A DNA stretch of 28,474 nt from a virus (lineage: Duplodnaviria > Caudoviricetes). The stretch's first letter is position 1. Every line of letters begins with the position of its first letter. The stretch covers positions 1-28,474 of the IMG/VR virus record IMGVR_UViG_3300037350_000024. One strand, 5' to 3'. This document shows positions 24,405 through 28,474 of this stretch, in pieces. The notes under the pieces are model-generated. The model was not told the DNA's origin. It did not search any database and was given only the letters and a program-made list of their open reading frames with translations. A program made the position numbers and the translations under genes.

Positions 24405-25447
24405 TATTTCACCTCGTTGAATTTGTGCCCATCTTCTGTCTCAACTACTTCGAACAACTTGCCGCCACACTGCAACCGGGTGCCTTTGACCAGCGGCTCT
24501 GGATCTGGGAGCTTGTCTACCACGTCGATGTACTCGACATCCTGCGGCGCGTCCTGTGCGGCCTCTTGCATGGCGCGCACTTCCAAGTCCTGCACCTCCA
24601 GGGACATCTGCTTGTAGCAGCCGCGCGCCGCGTTGATTCCAATCTCGGTTCCGGGGAACTCGTTGGAATGAGCCACGCCCCACTTCTTCAGAATCAGGTA
24701 ATACTGCGGCTCGGCTTCCAGTTTCTTGAATCGCTTCTTTAGCGCGCCAAAGTGCTTCAACGCATCGAAAGGCGTGCTGCTTTTCTTTTGATGAGTCGGG
24801 TTGTTCTTGATATCTGCTTCCAAGTCCGGCCCCTGCTGCACTGGCGGGTCAAGCTTTGGGTCTGGCTTATTGTCGGCCTGCCCCATCTCATCCGCCGTGT
24901 AGAGCCCGCTAAGTTCCTGCGGAAACGCCTTGCGCAGCGCGAGAGCCTCGGCGCACTTCGACAGCATCACGTCGGGAAGCTTCTTCCACATGCTGTTTGG
25001 GAATCCTTCTCGCGTGGTCTGCACGTAGCTGGCATAGCGTGCGATCCCATAGACAGGGCCCTTGAAGTCGTGGCGCATGACGCCAACGCGGGCGGCGGCT
25101 GGCGGGTCCTCTTGTAGCCAAACGTCCACCCACACGCCGTTAGGCCCGCACCATTCCGGCGCCGTCTGCCCTGCGTATCGCTTTGACCTTTCCGCGATCA
25201 GTCGGAAGCCGTCGATGCTGACCTGGGTCTGCATAACGTCGCGCTTCTCGCGTGAGTCCCACCGCTTCACGGCGTAGATCTGGCGAGAGAATGGGTCAAG
25301 CCCTGTGCGCCTGGCCTGCGACAGAAACATTTGAAGCTCATCGTCAGTGCAGCCCTTGGCGATGGTCCGTTTGATCAGGTCCACTTGGCTGCGGTCGAAC
25401 ATCTCTGGAGCCAGCGGCCCCGTGACTACTGCTACTTCGCTTGACAT
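24404..25447 (-). CDS. bet: Phage recombination protein Bet (RecT/Redbeta-family ssDNA annealase)
   Basis: GCTDDEL..F..A..TGLDPF.RQIY, QVSIDGFRLIAERS..Y.G, MLSKCAEALALRKAFP..LSGLY..DEM motifs. Confidence 0.92.
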   Translation of the reverse strand: MSSEVAVVTGPLAPEMFDRSQVDLIKRTIAKGCTDDELQMFLSQARRTGLDPFSRQIYAVKRWDSREKRDVMQTQVSIDGFRLIAERSKRYAGQTAPEWCGPNGVWVDVWLQEDPPAAARVGVMRHDFKGPVYGIARYASYVQTTREGFPNSMWKKLPDVMLSKCAEALALRKAFPQELSGLYTADEMGQADNKPDPKLDPPVQQGPDLEADIKNNPTHQKKSSTPFDALKHFGALKKRFKKLEAEPQYYLILKKWGVAHSNEFPGTEIGINAARGCYKQMSLEVQDLEVRAMQEAAQDAPQDVEYIDVVDKLPDPEPLVKGTRLQCGGKLFEVVETEDGHKFNEVK

Positions 25448-25612
25448 TTATTCCTCCACCAGCCGAAGCTGGGTGATTTCCACGTGCGCGTTGGGTATCC
25501 ACATGCTGCACCATTCCTGCAAGATGACCGCGTCGAGGTCCTTCAGTAGGTCCCAGAGCATAGGGGATATCTCCAGCGTCGAAGCGCCGCCTAGGATGTA
25601 CCTTCGGCTCAT
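25448..25612 (-). CDS. 54-aa hypothetical protein (not in the ORF track)
   Basis: MSRRYILGG...QLRLVEE*; SD GGAGG; abuts the bet start. Confidence 0.6.
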   Translation of the reverse strand: MSRRYILGGASTLEISPMLWDLLKDLDAVILQEWCSMWIPNAHVEITQLRLVEE

Positions 25613-25698
25613 CGTGGCCTCCGCAGTTTGCTGTAAGCGAACAACCCGCAGTACAGCAGGATCAGCAGCGCGGGATATCCGTAAATGTAAGCGATCAT
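25609..25698 (-). CDS. 29-aa single-TM peptide (not in the ORF track)
   Basis: MIAYIYGYPALLILLYCGLFAYSKLRRPR*; ATGA overlaps at both ends. Confidence 0.55.
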   Translation of the reverse strand: MIAYIYGYPALLILLYCGLFAYSKLRRPR

Positions 25699-25832
25699 TG
25701 CACCACCGCCACGGCTATCCCGATCACCACTGCCACCAGCAGCCAAGCGCCGAATATGCACGCAGTGGCCGTCAATAGCCGACGTTGCCGCCGGCGCTCC
25801 AAACCAGTTGACACCAGTTCCATTTCGGTCAT
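25695..25832 (-). CDS. 45-aa single-TM peptide (not in the ORF track)
   Basis: MTEMELVSTGLERRRQRRLLTATACIFGAWLLVAVVIGIAVAVVQ*. Confidence 0.55.
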   Translation of the reverse strand: MTEMELVSTGLERRRQRRLLTATACIFGAWLLVAVVIGIAVAVVQ

Positions 25833-25833
25833 A

Positions 25834-26301
25834 TCAAAATCTCACGTCCCCTTCGCTGTCGTTGTCGAACGCGGGCATGTTGTCCCACGCATCACCGGCC
25901 CACGCCATCCGCTCCATGAACTCCGGCGTGTCGTCGTTGTCAATTGGTTGTGCCATCCACCAGTGCGGCTGCCGACCGCTGGCGGCCACTGCCGCCCATG
26001 CTTTCGCTTCTGGCTGGCTGCATAGGTCGCGCTCCACCTCGTCTATGATCTTGCTCGCCAGCGCTTCCAATGCCCGCTCGTCGCCGTCCGCCGACAGTTG
26101 CCGCAGGCAGTTGGTGCACAGCCGCTCGCGACCGACCGTGTGCAGATGATCCTCGCAGGCCGGGAGAAAGCACACTTCACAGAGTGCCTCGTGATTGGGG
26201 CACAGCCGATTCTGGCAAAGGTCGGGGCTAGCGCCCTGGCAGCGTAGCCAGCGCTCGCCAGCCGTGTGTTTGCATTCGCAACCGTTCGTTGAGCACTTCA
26301 T
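25834..26301 (-). CDS. Cys/His-rich multi-Zn-finger protein, 155 aa
   Basis: LCPNH..CEVC..ACEDH..LCTNC; ATGA-coupled start MKCSTNG. Confidence 0.7.
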   Translation of the reverse strand: MKCSTNGCECKHTAGERWLRCQGASPDLCQNRLCPNHEALCEVCFLPACEDHLHTVGRERLCTNCLRQLSADGDERALEALASKIIDEVERDLCSQPEAKAWAAVAASGRQPHWWMAQPIDNDDTPEFMERMAWAGDAWDNMPAFDNDSEGDVRF

Positions 26302-26660
26302 TGGATTGACTCCCGCAGGGGTTCTACGAACGCCGAGTCTTTGATCTCCGCGACTGACCCAAAGTACCCGCGATCTAAAGCTGCCAAGAAATCCCGGCAA
26401 TGCCGCTTAGTCATCGACACTCGGGCCTTCAGCATCGACACGTCGTTGCCCACCAGTACGCACTCTGCCGCCTCATACTCCATGCGTTCGTGGGCATCCA
26501 GTTCTTCGCACGTGTAATCGTCTGCCGATGCGTGGGCATCTTTCGACTGCTGAATCGCTTCGGACTTCAGCACGTGCATGAACTCCTCGAAACTGCCATC
26601 ACCGTCCAGAAGGCTTTCGACTACCAGTTCTGCCAGCTTTTCGTAACCTTTGGTATTCAT
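26298..26660 (-). CDS. Acidic hypothetical protein, 120 aa
   Basis: TAATG overlap; SD GGAG. Confidence 0.7.
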   Translation of the reverse strand: MNTKGYEKLAELVVESLLDGDGSFEEFMHVLKSEAIQQSKDAHASADDYTCEELDAHERMEYEAAECVLVGNDVSMLKARVSMTKRHCRDFLAALDRGYFGSVAEIKDSAFVEPLRESIQ

Positions 26661-26839
26661 TACTCCACCTCCATGATCGATTCGAGCGTGTACCGCTCGT
26701 CGCCCGCCACCATCCGCATGATGAGTTCAGCTTGGAAACAGGCCCGCTCTCGATCGAAGTCGTTGCCCATAGCCAAACACTCTTCACTCTTCAGATAATC
26801 CTCGATGCGCGAAATCTGCGCCACTGCTTGGTTGTTCAC
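26660..26839 (-). CDS. 59-aa hypothetical protein
   Basis: GGAGG SD before a GTG at 26839 that overlaps the upstream stop. Confidence 0.6.
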   Translation of the reverse strand: MNNQAVAQISRIEDYLKSEECLAMGNDFDRERACFQAELIMRMVAGDERYTLESIMEVE

Positions 26840-26955
26840 AGTTGCCTCCACAGGTTGATCACCGCATCACCGACGCCCGTGCTGTACCACATACTGAGAA
26901 TCGCGACCGTGATGCAACCGATTGCGAGTGCCGCCGCTGCTTTGAATTCGTTCAC
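26836..26955 (-). CDS. 39-aa membrane peptide, first gene of the leftward early operon
   Basis: AGGAGG SD, GTG start, hydrophobic core AAAALAIGCITVAILSMWY. Confidence 0.6.
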   Translation of the reverse strand: MNEFKAAAALAIGCITVAILSMWYSTGVGDAVINLWRQL

Positions 26956-26974
26956 ATCGCCTCCTGACAAATTC

Positions 26975-27040
26975 ATAGTAAAACAGAGCCGATAAAAAAG
27001 CAAGCAGAAGCTTGCCAAATATTTCACGATGTGATAACTT
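26975..27040. promoter_or_regulatory. Back-to-back promoters (genetic switch region)
   Basis: Leftward TTGCTT(27003-26998)-N17-TACTAT(26980-26975); rightward TTGCCA(27012-27017)-N17-TAACTT(27035-27040); palindrome CAAGC-AGAA-GCTTG (27001-27014) overlaps both -35 boxes. Confidence 0.7.
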
Positions 27041-27046
27041 TGGTTT

Positions 27047-27238
27047 ATGGATGATAAAAAGGTTGTGGTCAGCGTGCGCATTTCGACCTCCGACAATGAG
27101 GCCGTGCGGGCGCTCTCTAAAGAATCAGGGCTTCGTATCGCATGGATCTGGAGCAAGGCCATCAAGGACTATCTGCAGGCCCGTTACGATGAGGGATGGG
27201 CTCCGAAGTCTGCCAGAAAGGCGCGGGCCGCGAAATGA
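27047..27238 (+). CDS. Ribbon-helix-helix (CopG/Arc-like) regulator, leaderless
   Basis: VVVSVRIS...VRALSKESG...I...AIKDYL; ATG 6 nt after the -10 box. Confidence 0.75.
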   Translation: MDDKKVVVSVRISTSDNEAVRALSKESGLRIAWIWSKAIKDYLQARYDEGWAPKSARKARAAK

Positions 27239-27450
27239 AGGTGCCATTGCGAAACGAACCGGCTGAATTGACCTATGGGCAGTTTGAGGATTTGGTGAAG
27301 CGTGCCGACGCCTATATCCTTGCACTGCGGCAGGTCATTTATAGCGGCAGGCCGGAAATCAGGAGGCTGGCATCTGAGCGTCTCAATGAACTCGGATCAT
27401 GCTGGCAGGCGGCACGGGACAGCTACGCAAGCGAAATCCCGCCATGCTGA
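27235..27450 (+). CDS. 71-aa hypothetical protein
   Basis: ATGA overlap with the RHH gene (MKVPLRNE...). Confidence 0.6.
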   Translation: MKVPLRNEPAELTYGQFEDLVKRADAYILALRQVIYSGRPEIRRLASERLNELGSCWQAARDSYASEIPPC

Positions 27451-27485
27451 CCTACATCCTTCGCCTGATCTGGATCGCCTCATGA
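27444..27485 (+). pseudogene. 13-codon remnant MLTYILRLIWIAS* duplicating the start of the gene at 28260
   Basis: 11 identical residues; all 7 nucleotide differences in those 33 nt are synonymous; overlaps both the upstream stop and the downstream ATG. Confidence 0.75.
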
Positions 27486-28120
27486 AGCCAATCGTGTTGG
27501 TGGGGGAAACCCGCAGCCGGAAGAATATTGCGACACTGGAAGCGCTTGGATGGGGGCGCATGTTCGTGGTGGCCAAGCCGACTCCGTTTGAGGGTGAGCC
27601 ATGGGGATTCGATAACGGAGCTTTCGGCGCATTCTGCCATGGGAAAAACTTTCCTGAGTTCGAGTTCATCAAACGCGTGGAGCAGGCGCAGTCTCTTGAA
27701 GTTCCAGCACCATATCTGGCTGTCGTTCCCGATATCGTTGCAGCGGGCCGCAAGAGTTTGCAATTCTCTGTAACGTGGCGCAACGATCTGCAACAGGTTG
27801 CATGGCCTTGGTACTTGGCGGTACAGGATGGGATCACGGTTGATGATGTGCGACCGTTACTGGATCGCTTTGACGGACTGTTCCTCGGTGGCACAGATCG
27901 CTTCAAATCAACCGCTTACCGATGGGCACGGCTTGCTCATGAAGCTGGCCTTAAATTCCACTATGGCCGCGCCAGCACGCCAGGGAAACTCGGAAGCGCA
28001 TTCCGATCAGGCGCGGACAGTTGCGACTCGGCGTTCCCGCTGTGGACCGCCGAACGAATGAAGACCTTCGCAGCACGATGGGAAGGTCTCGAAGAACAGA
28101 CGATGATGGAGTACGCATGA
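27482..28120 (+). CDS. TGT-fold (queuine tRNA-ribosyltransferase / DpdA-like) base-exchange enzyme, 212 aa
   Basis: Ordered motifs FDNGAF, VPD, LAVQDG, LFLGG, HYGR, GADSCD parallel TGT DSGG(F/Y), D, VQG, GG, H.LG, G.D.FD. Confidence 0.65.
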   Translation: MKPIVLVGETRSRKNIATLEALGWGRMFVVAKPTPFEGEPWGFDNGAFGAFCHGKNFPEFEFIKRVEQAQSLEVPAPYLAVVPDIVAAGRKSLQFSVTWRNDLQQVAWPWYLAVQDGITVDDVRPLLDRFDGLFLGGTDRFKSTAYRWARLAHEAGLKFHYGRASTPGKLGSAFRSGADSCDSAFPLWTAERMKTFAARWEGLEEQTMMEYA

Positions 28121-28263
28121 ACGGCGGATTGACACACCAAGAAATGGAATTGCGCAAGCTGAAAGCGCGAAACCTTGACGAAGCTCTGGCGTGGATGCGC
28201 GGGCGAATCGACTCAGAAAAGTTGCAGGCCTTGGAGCGCATTCTGCGGCGGGATCTGAAGTGA
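28117..28263 (+). CDS. 48-aa hypothetical protein
   Basis: ATGA overlap at the start and GTGA overlap at the end (MNGGLTHQ...). Confidence 0.6.
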   Translation: MNGGLTHQEMELRKLKARNLDEALAWMRGRIDSEKLQALERILRRDLK

Positions 28264-28474
28264 CGACGTACATTCTCAGGCTCATCTGGATCGCCTCGCA
28301 GGTGCTGGCCCTGTGCGCCGGGGAGGGGTCGCGCTGCCGCTGGTGGTGCTGGTACCTTGCGGGCTCCCTGCTACTGTCCGTGACGTACTGGCCGGAACTG
28401 CTGGGCGCGGCGTGGTACGAGGCGTTCTGGCCGCTCTTGCTGGTTGTGGTCAGCCTGCGGACGGTCGCGGCGCT
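28260..28474 (+). CDS. 5' part of a multi-TM membrane protein; runs off the window
   Basis: GTG start; open frame MTTYILRLIWIASQVLALCAG...WWCWYLAGSLLLSVTYWP...FWPLLLVVVSLRTVAA. Confidence 0.7.
   Translation, partial: MTTYILRLIWIASQVLALCAGEGSRCRWWCWYLAGSLLLSVTYWPELLGAAWYEAFWPLLLVVVSLRTVAA

Noticed and set aside
27302-27481. Longer GTG start for the TGT-like ORF
   Set aside because: Overlaps the 71-aa gene; the ATGA-coupled start at 27482 fits better.
27444-28298. DGR template/variable repeat pair or transposon target duplication
   Set aside because: Differences are synonymous and not adenine-specific; no reverse transcriptase or transposase in the window.
1-28474. CRISPR array, integrase/att site, intron or intein
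   Set aside because: No regularly spaced repeats, no recombinase motifs, and terL is of ordinary length with no splicing motifs seen.

Overview
This is a 28.5-kb piece of a tailed dsDNA phage or prophage; no integrase or host genes are visible. Most genes run on the minus strand. Reading right to left: a back-to-back promoter switch with a ribbon-helix-helix (RHH) regulator, then early genes (Bet recombinase, VRR-NUC-like nuclease, a secreted cohesin-dockerin protein, N6-adenine methyltransferase). Next come a DUF1376/YdaU-type replication gene with internal iteron-like repeats, then small and large terminase. An ~7.9-kb glycan-biosynthesis island follows, with its own promoter and RHH gene: 3 GT2 enzymes, a further GT-A-like protein, a DUF616 GT-like protein, a DegT aminotransferase and 2 SAM-methyltransferase-like proteins. 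After it come portal, holin/lysozyme, Mu gpF-like head protein, an inverted HK97-gp10 gene, secreted-protein morons, prohead protease/scaffold and the start of a capsid-cement-like gene. A short plus-strand operon at the right end carries a TGT/DpdA-like transglycosylase. Non-coding points of interest are a promoter-driven tRNA-like mini-RNA between terL and the glycan island, a multi-branch RNA and a pseudoknot that each cover a translation start, many leaderless promoters, and duplicated gene-end scars at cassette junctions. All family calls come from reading motifs by eye, not from database searches. An Acidobacteriota host is only a weak guess.
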